Below, piece after piece: positions 17,211-25,306 of a DNA stretch of 40,803 nt. Made by a program: the position numbers and the translations under genes. Numbering within the stretch: the stretch's first letter is position 1; each line of letters opens with the position of its first letter. Source of the stretch: Burkholderiales bacterium (lineage in GTDB: Bacteria; Pseudomonadota; Gammaproteobacteria; Burkholderiales; JACQAP01); contig DASWEZ010000084.1 in the NCBI GenBank assembly GCA_036394495.1, positions 1 through 40,803 on the forward strand. The letters are read 5' to 3'. The notes below the pieces were generated by a model that was not told where the DNA came from, did no database searches, and saw only the letters and a program-made list of their open reading frames with translations.

Positions 17211-17223
17211 ACAAGCTGCACCC

Positions 17224-18063
17224 ATGAGATTTTTTGTCGTTCCGGCGGGGATCATTCTGACCCTGGCCGGCTGCGCCACGCAGGACCAGTTGCGCCAGAA
17301 CGAGGCGCAACAGGGCCAGGCCGTGCAGGCATTGCGCGCAGATGCGAACCGGAGCGAAAGCGGACTCTCGGATCTGCGGGCGGAAATCCGGCGTACGCAG
17401 GACACGGTGCATGAGCTCGAAGTTGCGCTGACCGACGCGCGCGCCCGGACGGACGCGGCGAAGGTTCAGGCCGACAATGCGCTGGCGACTTCCCGGGAAT
17501 TCCTTGCCAACCTGATCGCGGCGCGGGAGGAGCAACGTCACCAGCTCGACCAGAACGGCGTTGTTTTTGCGGATCTCAGGCGCAAGCTCGCCGACCTGGA
17601 AACGCGGCTGCAGGCGCAGCAACGGATGCTGGAACAGAACGCATCCGTATTGAGCGATGGAACCCGGCGCCTGTATGCGGTCGAGGCCGGGCTGCAGGAG
17701 GTCGGCCGCCGCTCCACGCTGCTCGAAGCCAAGGCAAAAACAGCGCAGGAGACCGGCGATGGTCTGACCCGGCAACTCGCCGGCATGCGCAAACAGGTCG
17801 AGGACACCCGCGCGGCAATGGGTTCCGAAAGCCTGCTGCAGATGATGCGCGAACTGGAAGACATGCGGCGCAATTCCGCCTCGTTGCGCGGATCGATCGA
17901 TGAACTGCGCAAGGCGCAGGCGGATTCTGCCGCGCAGTCCAAAAATTATTACCTGGATCTGGATTCGCGGGTCCGGCAGCTGAAGCAGCCCGACCCGCCG
18001 CCGGTGCGCCAGATCGAATCGACTGCTCCGGTAGGGCCCGAGCCCGCGCCTGCCAGTCAGTGA
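17224..18063 (+). CDS. Coiled-coil lipoprotein with a CpoB/YbgF N-terminal-like segment and no TPR domain
   Basis: Start ATG 17224; lipobox LTLAGC. About 230 aa of heptad-like Q/E/R/A-rich sequence. The C-terminal ..SKNYYLDLDSRVRQL resembles the YbgF trimerisation motif (..DLYLDLDRRL..). Confidence 0.6.
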   Translation: MRFFVVPAGIILTLAGCATQDQLRQNEAQQGQAVQALRADANRSESGLSDLRAEIRRTQDTVHELEVALTDARARTDAAKVQADNALATSREFLANLIAAREEQRHQLDQNGVVFADLRRKLADLETRLQAQQRMLEQNASVLSDGTRRLYAVEAGLQEVGRRSTLLEAKAKTAQETGDGLTRQLAGMRKQVEDTRAAMGSESLLQMMRELEDMRRNSASLRGSIDELRKAQADSAAQSKNYYLDLDSRVRQLKQPDPPPVRQIESTAPVGPEPAPASQ

Positions 18064-18066
18064 CTT

Positions 18067-18171
18067 GCAGAGGGAAGAGACGAGAGGAAAGAGGAAAGAG
18101 GAAAGGAAGTACCTGGTTTCCCGTCTTTAACCTTTCTCTTTCCTCTCGCCTCTTTCCTCTTTCCTCTCTGC
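18067..18171. repeat. Hairpin element with GAGGAAA tandem-unit arms, between convergent genes
   Basis: Left arm gcagagggaagagacgagaggaaagaggaaagaggaaagg (18067-18106); right arm cctttctctttcctctcgcctctttcctctttcctctctgc (18131-18171); 24-nt loop. Confidence 0.9.
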
Positions 18172-18180
18172 GGGAGCGGT

Positions 18181-19140
18181 TTACCAGTTCCCGCTGGCCC
18201 CGCCACCCCCCGACCGTCCGCCCCCGCTGGAAAATCCACCGCCGCTCGAGAAGCCGCCGGAACTGCTGCTGCCGCCCGGACGGATGGTCATGCCGCCGAT
18301 CTGGGCGACGCCCTTGGTCTTCAGATCTTCGTGCGCCTTGAGATACCAGGGCATGCGGGAGATCACGATCCTGGCGATCGGGTAGAGCAGGGCATAGGTG
18401 CCGATGATGAACAGGGCGGCATGGCTGCCGAAGATCGCCATCGGAAACATCGACCAGAACGGGATCAGGAAGACATACATGAACCAGCCCATCCCGCCCG
18501 GGGTGACGAGGCCGATGAAGGTGAACAGCCCGATGATGCCGAACACGAACAGGCTGATGAGGATGCGCTCGGCCAACGGCATCGGCGCGGGTTCGACTTG
18601 GAAGCCGGCGCCAGGCTTGGCCGGCGCAGCCCATTCGGCATCGGGGGTCGTCGGCAGCCCGCCTTCCAGGACCTGGACCACCGCCGTGGCGCCGGCTTCG
18701 ACGCCGACGTCGTAATTGCCCTCGCGGAAGCGCGGCGTCATGAGATTGCGGATGATGCGGTCGGCAGCAACGTCGGTCAGCTTGTCTTCCAGGCCATAGC
18801 CGACCTCGATGCGCATGCGGTGTTCCTGCGGTGCAACGACGATCAGCACCCCATTGTCTTTTTCGCTGCTGCCCAGCTTCCAGGTTTCGAACACCCTCAC
18901 GGCGAAATCCTCGATGCTTTCCGCGCCGATGCCGTTGATGGTGAGGATCGCGATCTGGTTTCCGGAGGCCTGCTCGTGGGCCTGCAGCATGCTGTCGATG
19001 CGTTCGCGCGCCGGCGCGGTCAGGATCTCGGCCTGGTCGACGACGCGGCCGGAGAGATAGGGAACGGCAGCGTCGTCGGCTGCCGACAATCCGGCCCAGC
19101 CGAGCCAGAGCATCACCAGCACGTGTAGGGCGCGGTTCAT
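18181..19140 (-). CDS. TPM-domain protein (YgcG/COG1512-like) with a signal peptide, TM segments and a Gly/Ser-rich tail
   Basis: Real start ATG 19138-19140 (MNRALHVLVML..). Motifs GNQIAILTI, DNGVLIVVAPQEHRMRIEVGYGLE. C-terminal GGFSSGGGFSSGGG tail. Confidence 0.8.
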   Translation of the reverse strand: MNRALHVLVMLWLGWAGLSAADDAAVPYLSGRVVDQAEILTAPARERIDSMLQAHEQASGNQIAILTINGIGAESIEDFAVRVFETWKLGSSEKDNGVLIVVAPQEHRMRIEVGYGLEDKLTDVAADRIIRNLMTPRFREGNYDVGVEAGATAVVQVLEGGLPTTPDAEWAAPAKPGAGFQVEPAPMPLAERILISLFVFGIIGLFTFIGLVTPGGMGWFMYVFLIPFWSMFPMAIFGSHAALFIIGTYALLYPIARIVISRMPWYLKAHEDLKTKGVAQIGGMTIRPGGSSSSGGFSSGGGFSSGGGRSGGGGASGNW

Positions 19141-19787
19141 CGTCCGTCCTTTATCTGCAGCACCGCATCGGGCAGTTCGTTGGCCGTCCCGGCGCCATAG
19201 AATCCACGTTCGAGCAGCATTGCCTCCATGGCCTCCAGCCCTGCACGCAACGCGATTGCGGTGGTGCGGTGTCGCAGCAGCAGGGTGATGCGACGGGTCA
19301 GCGCGCCCCAATCCGGCGCATCGATGCGCCCGTCGAAACCCTCGTCGGCAAGGATCACGACCTTGCGTTCGAACAGGCTGACGAGCACCAGGATGCCGAC
19401 GCGGCCGCGCGTACGGTCCAGCCCGTGCTGGAAAAACAGCGACTGGGCGAACTGGATGACTTCTGCATCGCGCCGGGTACGGTCGATGAACAGACGCGCG
19501 AACCGCTGACAAAGGATGGCAAGCAATGCAAGAAACACGCCGCTGCCGAGTATGACCAGGACATGCCCCATTCGGGCGGCGTCGGCGGCCCAGTTGCCGG
19601 CGGCAAGTTGCCAGATGACGCATGCCAGCGCCGCTGCGCCGGTGCCGAGGGCGTACGCCTTCCATGGCGCTTCCGGATAGGAATCGGATTTGCCGACGAC
19701 GGCAGTGACCACTTGCGCCCCGGTCCTGGCCTCGAGAGCGGCAACGCGGCTGGTAATGATCGAGCGTTCGAGTTCGGTCAGTTGCAT
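19137..19787 (-). CDS. TPM-domain membrane protein (COG3762-like)
   Basis: 216 aa; 4-nt overlap with the downstream TPM gene. Pattern ..AALEARTGAQVVTAVV.. followed by TM helices, then RVGILVLVSLFERKVVILADEGF. Confidence 0.65.
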   Translation of the reverse strand: MQLTELERSIITSRVAALEARTGAQVVTAVVGKSDSYPEAPWKAYALGTGAAALACVIWQLAAGNWAADAARMGHVLVILGSGVFLALLAILCQRFARLFIDRTRRDAEVIQFAQSLFFQHGLDRTRGRVGILVLVSLFERKVVILADEGFDGRIDAPDWGALTRRITLLLRHRTTAIALRAGLEAMEAMLLERGFYGAGTANELPDAVLQIKDGR

Positions 19788-20069
19788 GCTTGTCTATGCG
19801 CGTGGAATGGGGCCGGCACGCATATTGTGAACGTGTTGGAGCCGGTTCAGGAAGCGATTCTCGCGGGGGAAAACCACCGGCCGACGCACCGCCGGTTGCG
19901 GCGGACCATGACGCGCGCGTCACAATTTCGCGGCGCTTCCCTATGAAAAACGTGCATTCTCTGATTGACAACGCACTCTCCTCTCGGCATTCTCTGCTCG
20001 CCGTGCCTTTGCTTCTGGCAAGGCAACGCAAATTTCAGATACGTGCAAACTCAAATTGGAGGCACCACG

Positions 20070-20477
20070 ATGGCCGCAAAGAAGAAGACCGCGAAGAAAC
20101 CCGTCAAGAAAGCCGTGAAGAAAGCCGCGCCGAAGAAGGCTGCTGCGAAGAAACCCGCGAAGAAGGCTGCTGCGAAGAAGCCTGCAAAGAAGGCTGCTCC
20201 GAAGAAAAAGGCATCCGGCGCCAAGCGCAAGCCGAATGCGGCTTTCATGAAGCCGATGACGCCCAGCGCGTCGCTCGCCGCGGTAATCGGCAGCACGCCT
20301 GTGCCGCGCACCGAGGTCACCAAGAAACTGTGGGCCTACATCAAGAAGAATGACCTGCAGGACAGCAAGAACAGACGCAACATCAACGCCGACGACAAGC
20401 TGAAGGAAGTCTTCGGCGGCAAGAAGACGGTGTCGATGTTCGAGATGACCAAGCTCGTCGCTGGTCACCTCAAGTAA
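20070..20477 (+). CDS. Histone-H1-like (KKAA-repeat) / SWIB-MDM2 domain fusion protein
   Basis: ATG 20070 with GGAGG at 20058-20062. The N-terminal 55 aa are Lys/Ala/Pro repeats. The C-terminal ~80 aa (FMKPMTPSASLAAVIG..RTEVTKKLWAYIKKNDLQD..INADDKLKEVFG) match the SWIB domain pattern. Confidence 0.8.
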   Translation: MAAKKKTAKKPVKKAVKKAAPKKAAAKKPAKKAAAKKPAKKAAPKKKASGAKRKPNAAFMKPMTPSASLAAVIGSTPVPRTEVTKKLWAYIKKNDLQDSKNRRNINADDKLKEVFGGKKTVSMFEMTKLVAGHLK

Positions 20478-20690
20478 GCTTCTTGCGTTGATTTTCGGCA
20501 AACCGGGCCGGCGAGGCTGGCCCGGTGGCCGATACGGCTGCGGCTGCCGCAGTCCGGAGGGTGCGCTTGCAGGAGCTTCTTCCTGCCCTCCCCCCGGGTG
20601 AGGAATTCCATCACCAAATAGCCGCGGACGGAAACGTCCGCAGGCGGTCCGTGTCATATCCCTTCCTGAATCCGTTTGTGGAGAGAAATC

Positions 20691-21581
20691 ATGGTTGAAA
20701 CCACGCGCCTGCCGCTGCTGCTGATCGGCCTCATGCTGTGTACCGCCGCGGCTGCGGACGACCTGGTGGGAAAGATGGGGGATGTCGAGCTGCACAGTTC
20801 CGAGCTGAAGGCGGTCCTGGAGGCGCAGCCGCCGGAGATGCGCCGCCAGCTTGCCACCGATCAGTCGGCGCTGGAACGCCTGGTACGCAGCGAACTGATG
20901 CGCAAGGCGGTGCTGAACGAAGCCAAGCAAAAGGGTTGGGACAAGCGCGCGGAACTGCAGCCCCTGATCGACAGGGCGCGCGACCAGATCGTCGTGAGTT
21001 CCTTCGTGGGCAACGTCGCCCAGCCCGGCGACGGCTATCCGTCGGAAGAAGAAATCAAGCAGTTCTACGAGGGGAACAAGGCGCAGTTGCTCGCGCCCGC
21101 CCAGTATCAACTGGCGCAGATTTTCCTGCCTGCCGCCGAGGGCACCGACAAGGCGAAGGCCGAGGAAGCCAAGAAGAAGATCGGCGAGCTGAGCGCAAAG
21201 ATGGGCAAGTCCGGCGCCGATTTCGCAAAGCTTGCGAAAGAAAACTCCGCCCACAAGGAAAGCGCGGAAAAGGGCGGCGAACTCGGCTGGGTCAGCGAAG
21301 AGCAGATGGTTCCGGAAATCCGCCGCGCCGTGGCGGGCATGAGCAAGGGCGAAGTGAGCCCGCCGATCAAATCCGCCGCCGGCTGGCACCTCATCAAGCT
21401 GCTGGACAAGAAGCCGGCGGCGACGCGCCCGCTGGCCGACATCCGTTCCCAGCTTGTCGTGGCGATGCGCAATCGCAAGGCGCAGGACATGGAGCGCGCC
21501 TATCTCGAGGCCTTGTCCATCAAGCTGCCGCCCACCATCAACCAGATCGAACTCGGCAAACTGCAAAGCGGGTTACGCTGA
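20691..21581 (+). CDS. Periplasmic parvulin-type peptidyl-prolyl isomerase (PpiC/SurA-like)
   Basis: ATG 20691 with GGAGA 5 nt upstream. Signal peptide. Parvulin core YQLAQIFL...GGELGWVSEEQMVPEI...GEVSPPIKSAAGWHLIKL. Confidence 0.8.
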   Translation: MVETTRLPLLLIGLMLCTAAAADDLVGKMGDVELHSSELKAVLEAQPPEMRRQLATDQSALERLVRSELMRKAVLNEAKQKGWDKRAELQPLIDRARDQIVVSSFVGNVAQPGDGYPSEEEIKQFYEGNKAQLLAPAQYQLAQIFLPAAEGTDKAKAEEAKKKIGELSAKMGKSGADFAKLAKENSAHKESAEKGGELGWVSEEQMVPEIRRAVAGMSKGEVSPPIKSAAGWHLIKLLDKKPAATRPLADIRSQLVVAMRNRKAQDMERAYLEALSIKLPPTINQIELGKLQSGLR

Positions 21582-21667
21582 GCGCATAGCACGGGATACG
21601 CCGGCGCACAAAAAGCAGAACGGGCTCAGGCGCCGGTATCGAGCGGTTCCACACAGGGGAGGGCACC

Positions 21668-22903
21668 ATGTTCGCGTGGGTCCGGGAACTGTCAGCGCAG
21701 GAAAAAAAGACACTGATCGCCGCCTATGGCGGATGGTCGGTCGACGCCTTCGATTTCATGATCTACACCTTCGTCATTCCTGCGCTGATCGCTGCCTGGG
21801 GAATGAGCAAAGGCCAGGCCGGCTTGATCGCCACGTCTGCGCTCCTGATGTCGGCGGTGGGCGGCTGGATTGCCGGCGCGTTGTCGGACCGCTTCGGCCG
21901 GGTGCGCATGCTGCAGATCACGATCGCCTGGTTTGCGTGTTTCACCTTCCTGTGCGGTTTCACTCAATCCTTCGAGCAACTGCTGGTGGTGCGCAGCCTG
22001 CAGGGCCTGGGCTTCGGCGGGGAATGGGCGGTGGGCTCGGTGATGATCGGCGAGATGATCCGCGCGGAGCACCGCGGCAAGGCGGTGGGTACGGTGCAAA
22101 GCGGCTGGGCCATGGGGTGGGGAGGTGCGGCGCTGGCTTTCGCGGCTTTTTTCACGCTGCTGCCCGACGACATCGCCTGGCGTGCATTGTTCTGGATAGG
22201 CTTGGCGCCGGCGCTGCTGGTGTTGTACATCCGCCGTCACGTGAAAGACCCCGAAGTGTTCACCGCCACGCGTAAACGCACCGGTGGGCAGCCCACAAAT
22301 TTCCTCGAAATCTTCTCGCCGCCGTTGTTGCGCATTACGTTGCTCACGAGTCTGATGGCGACCGGCATGCAGGGCGGTTATTACGCGGTGACCATCTGGC
22401 TGCCGACCTACCTGAAGACGGTGCGCGGCCTGTCGGTGATCGGCACCGGCGGCTATCTCACGGTCATCATATCCGGCGCGTTCGCCGGCTATCTGACGGC
22501 GGCCTGGCTGACAGACCGCATCGGCCGGCGCAATACCTTCTTCCTGTTCGCCGTCTGCTCGGCATTGACCGCGGTGACTTATACGCTGTTGCCGATCAGC
22601 GACGCGCAAATGCTCGTACTCGGCTTCCCCCTGGGATTTTTCGTATCGGGCAATTTCAGCGGCGTCGGCGCGTATTTCACCGAGCTCTTTCCCAGCCGCG
22701 TGCGCGGTTCCGGACAGGGCTTCGCCTACAATTTCGGACGCGGAATCGGCGCACTGTTTCCCGCGCTCGTCGGCTATCTCAGCACCAGCATGGCGCTCGG
22801 CACGGCGATAGGAATATTCGCAGGCTCGGCTTTCGTCGTCGTCATCATCGCCGTCTCCCTGCTGCCCGAAACCCGCGGCAAGCAGCTCGCTGTTTACGAC
22901 TAA
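21668..22903 (+). CDS. MFS transporter (metabolite:H+ symporter type)
   Basis: 411 aa, about 12 predicted TM helices. MFS loop signature GALSDRFGRVRML. Confidence 0.8.
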   Translation: MFAWVRELSAQEKKTLIAAYGGWSVDAFDFMIYTFVIPALIAAWGMSKGQAGLIATSALLMSAVGGWIAGALSDRFGRVRMLQITIAWFACFTFLCGFTQSFEQLLVVRSLQGLGFGGEWAVGSVMIGEMIRAEHRGKAVGTVQSGWAMGWGGAALAFAAFFTLLPDDIAWRALFWIGLAPALLVLYIRRHVKDPEVFTATRKRTGGQPTNFLEIFSPPLLRITLLTSLMATGMQGGYYAVTIWLPTYLKTVRGLSVIGTGGYLTVIISGAFAGYLTAAWLTDRIGRRNTFFLFAVCSALTAVTYTLLPISDAQMLVLGFPLGFFVSGNFSGVGAYFTELFPSRVRGSGQGFAYNFGRGIGALFPALVGYLSTSMALGTAIGIFAGSAFVVVIIAVSLLPETRGKQLAVYD

Positions 22904-22917
22904 AGCCAAGGCATGTT

Positions 22918-23129
22918 TTCACCGCAAAGGACGCAAAGGACGCAAAGGGACGCGAAGGAACGCGAAGGAAAAGCAGCAGCGAAGGAAGGAAACCGGGACA
23001 AAATACTGTGGGGATAGGTTTCAATATGGCTGCTGGCATTCAGCGCGACGAATCTTCGGCCAAGAATTGATCGCGAAATCTCCTTGTTACCGTATTTCCT
23101 TCGCGTCCCTTTGCGTCCTTTGCGGTGAA
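22918..23129. repeat. Hairpin element with GCAAAGGAC/GCGAAGGAA tandem-unit arms of unequal unit number
   Basis: Left arm 22918-22971 has about 5 units (ttcaccgcaaaggacgcaaaggacgcaaagggacgcgaaggaacgcgaaggaaa). Right arm 23095-23129 has about 3 units (tttccttcgcgtccctttgcgtcctttgcggtgaa). Confidence 0.85.
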
Positions 23130-23202
23130 TGGGTTTTGCGTGGAGATCGCGAAGCGCGGGTGAGTTACGATACGGTTCCCGATCACACGCAGGAACCGCA
23201 AT

Positions 23203-23916
23203 ATGAAACCCGCTTCCGTCGCGCCGCAGATCCTTGAGCAGCTCAAGCGCATCTCCACCGCCACCCTGACTTCCCAGTTGTTCAAGCTGGGCTTCCGCAA
23301 CACCTACCTCACCGGCGTGAAGCCGCTCAACCCGGCGCTGCGCATGGCCGGCGAAGCGGTCACGGTGCGTTTCGTGCCGGCACGCGAGGACCTCGCGACT
23401 TTCGAGGCGATCGGCAAACCAGGCTACCCGCAGCGCAAGGCGATCGACGAAATCCTCCCAGGCCAGGTGCTGGTGCTCGATTGCCGCAACATCGACACGG
23501 TGGCGGCCGGCGGGGAAATCCTGATGTCGCGCCTGCAGTCGCGCGGCGCCGCGGGAGCGGTGACCGACGGGGCGATGCGCGACTACGCGTCGATCCAGAA
23601 GCTGGGCTTTCCCGTGTTCGCGAAAGGCATGGCCGCTTCGGCCCACATCCATCGCCATTTCGCGATCGACATCAACCTGCCGGTCGGGTGCGCCGATGTG
23701 CTGGTGATGCCGGGGGACATCATGGTGGGTGACGAGGAGGGGGTAGTCTGCATTCCGCGTCACGTAGTCGAGCAGGTTGCGCAAAGCGGACTGGAGATGG
23801 AAGAACTGGAATCCTGGGTACTGGAAAAAGTCCAGGCCGGTGCGCCGATCGCCGGCACTTATCCGCCGAACGAGACGATGCGCGCCGAATACGAAACCTG
23901 GAAGAAGAAACGCTGA
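23203..23916 (+). CDS. RraA-family protein (4-hydroxy-4-methyl-2-oxoglutarate aldolase / oxaloacetate decarboxylase-like)
   Basis: 237 aa. ..ISTATLTSQL.., ..AAGGEILMSRLQSRGAAGAVTDGAMRD.., GFPVFAKG motifs typical of the RraA/DlpA fold. Confidence 0.7.
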   Translation: MKPASVAPQILEQLKRISTATLTSQLFKLGFRNTYLTGVKPLNPALRMAGEAVTVRFVPAREDLATFEAIGKPGYPQRKAIDEILPGQVLVLDCRNIDTVAAGGEILMSRLQSRGAAGAVTDGAMRDYASIQKLGFPVFAKGMAASAHIHRHFAIDINLPVGCADVLVMPGDIMVGDEEGVVCIPRHVVEQVAQSGLEMEELESWVLEKVQAGAPIAGTYPPNETMRAEYETWKKKR

Positions 23917-23930
23917 ACGGGGTGGGCACG

Positions 23931-24539
23931 ATGTCGTTCGATACGATTCTCTTCGATCTCGGTGCGGTGCTGGTCGACTGGAATCCGCGTTACCTGTACC
24001 GGCCGCTGTTCGAGGGCGACGACAAGTCGATGGAGCACTTTCTCGCCGAGATCGCGCCGCCCTGGTGGAACCTCGAGATCGATGCCGGCAAGACCTTCGA
24101 CCAGGCGGTCGCCGAGCGTGTCGCCCTTCATCCGGATCACGCGGACAAGATCGCCCTGTGGCGGGACGAATGGGAAAAGATGCTGCGCGACGAAATCGCC
24201 GGCAGCGTGGAAATCCTCGCCGAACTGCGCGCCAAGGGGCATCGGCTGCACGCGCTGACCAACTGGTCGGCCGAAACCTTTCCTGTCGCGCGCCGCCGCT
24301 TCGAATTCCTGAAATGGTTCGAGCACATCGTGGTGTCCGGCGAAGTCGGGATGGCGAAGCCCGATCCGCGCATCTTCGAACTGGCAATCGAACGCTGCAA
24401 ACTGGTGCCGTCGCGGACCGTGTTCATTGACGACAGCCTGAAGAACGTCGAGGCCGGCCGCAACGCCGGCCTGCATGCGCTGCATTTCACCGATCCGCAG
24501 CAGTTGCGAGCGGACCTGAACCGGCTGGGCATGCTGTGA
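23931..24539 (+). CDS. HAD-superfamily hydrolase (subfamily IA)
   Basis: Motif I FDLGAVLVDW directly after ATG 23931 (an alternative GTG lies at 23922). LTNWS; VFIDDSLKNVEAGRNAG. Confidence 0.75.
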   Translation: MSFDTILFDLGAVLVDWNPRYLYRPLFEGDDKSMEHFLAEIAPPWWNLEIDAGKTFDQAVAERVALHPDHADKIALWRDEWEKMLRDEIAGSVEILAELRAKGHRLHALTNWSAETFPVARRRFEFLKWFEHIVVSGEVGMAKPDPRIFELAIERCKLVPSRTVFIDDSLKNVEAGRNAGLHALHFTDPQQLRADLNRLGML

Positions 24540-24596
24540 ATAGGGATTAAACGTTTTCCCCGCAGATACCCTCGCGTAGCGTGGTGTACCCTTTTG

Positions 24597-24771
24597 GGCG
24601 CACAGGCGCAAAGGGTACGCAAAGAGAAGCAATACGAGAGAACGGTTCGTTGACGTTAATTTTGACATCGGCTACCAGGAATTGTGTCCCATGAGCGCCG
24701 TTCTCCAGTTGTATCCCTCTCTGCACTTTTGCTTTCCTATGCGCTTCCTCTGCGCCTTTGCGCCTCCGCGG
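24597..24771. repeat. Hairpin element with degenerate GCGCAAAGG-type arms
   Basis: Left arm ggcgcacaggcgcaaagggtacgcaaagagaagcaa (24597-24632); right arm 24717-24771 (..tgcgcttcctctgcgcctttgcgcctccgcgg). Partial complementarity only. The upstream module cagataccct..gtacccttttngg is shared with 13669-13710. Confidence 0.65.
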
Positions 24772-24821
24772 TTAGTATTAGTTTGGTTTGTCGAAGCGGC
24801 CATCAATCCAGGAGATAACCC

Positions 24822-25256
24822 ATGAAAACGAACAATCTGCCGGCCATTCTGGCGACGTTACTGGCCGCGTTGCTGGCGTGCACCTTCGCCGCGCGTGCCG
24901 AGGATGCCATCAAGACCGTGTATCACCTGCCCGACGACCGGCTGGCAACGCTGGCGATGAACAACATTAACAACCACCTTAGCGCGGATCCGGGGGTGAA
25001 GATCGTCGTGGTGGCTTTGTCGACCGGCGTTCGCGCATTCACGTTCGGCGCGCAGGACGCCGGCGGCCGGCCTTACGCCGAGTGGGTCGACCAGCTCACC
25101 GCCAAAGGCGTGGAATTCCGCATTTGCCAGAACAGCATGAATGCGCTGAAGCTCACCAAAAAGGACTTGATCGACAAAGTCGAGGTCGTGCCTTCCGGCG
25201 TGGCGGAGATCGCGCGGTTGCAGGCCAGGGAAGGATATGTCTATATCCATCCATGA
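24822..25256 (+). CDS. DsrE/DsrF-like family protein (COG1416-like) with a signal peptide
   Basis: 144 aa with AGGAGA upstream. Signal peptide ..LLACTFAARA. Pattern ..KIVVVALSTGV.., ..VEFRICQNSM.. Confidence 0.6.
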   Translation: MKTNNLPAILATLLAALLACTFAARAEDAIKTVYHLPDDRLATLAMNNINNHLSADPGVKIVVVALSTGVRAFTFGAQDAGGRPYAEWVDQLTAKGVEFRICQNSMNALKLTKKDLIDKVEVVPSGVAEIARLQAREGYVYIHP

Positions 25257-25306
25257 GAGCGGGGTCGTAGAATTGCGGCTGATCATGGAAAACCGGGAAC
25301 GAGAAC

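Noticed and set aside
16161-17223. N-terminal extensions of the pal ORF (from 16161) and of the coiled-coil lipoprotein ORF (from 17017)
   Set aside because: Internal ATGs at 16308 (with AAGGAG) and 17224 give proper signal peptide/lipobox N-termini. The extensions overlap a repeat element or the upstream gene.
19141-20031. N-terminal 297 codons of the 616-aa ORF 18181-20031
   Set aside because: This part is an Arg/Pro-rich out-of-frame read-through of the upstream TPM gene. The real TPM (YgcG-like) gene starts at 19140 with a signal peptide and overlaps the upstream gene by 4 nt.
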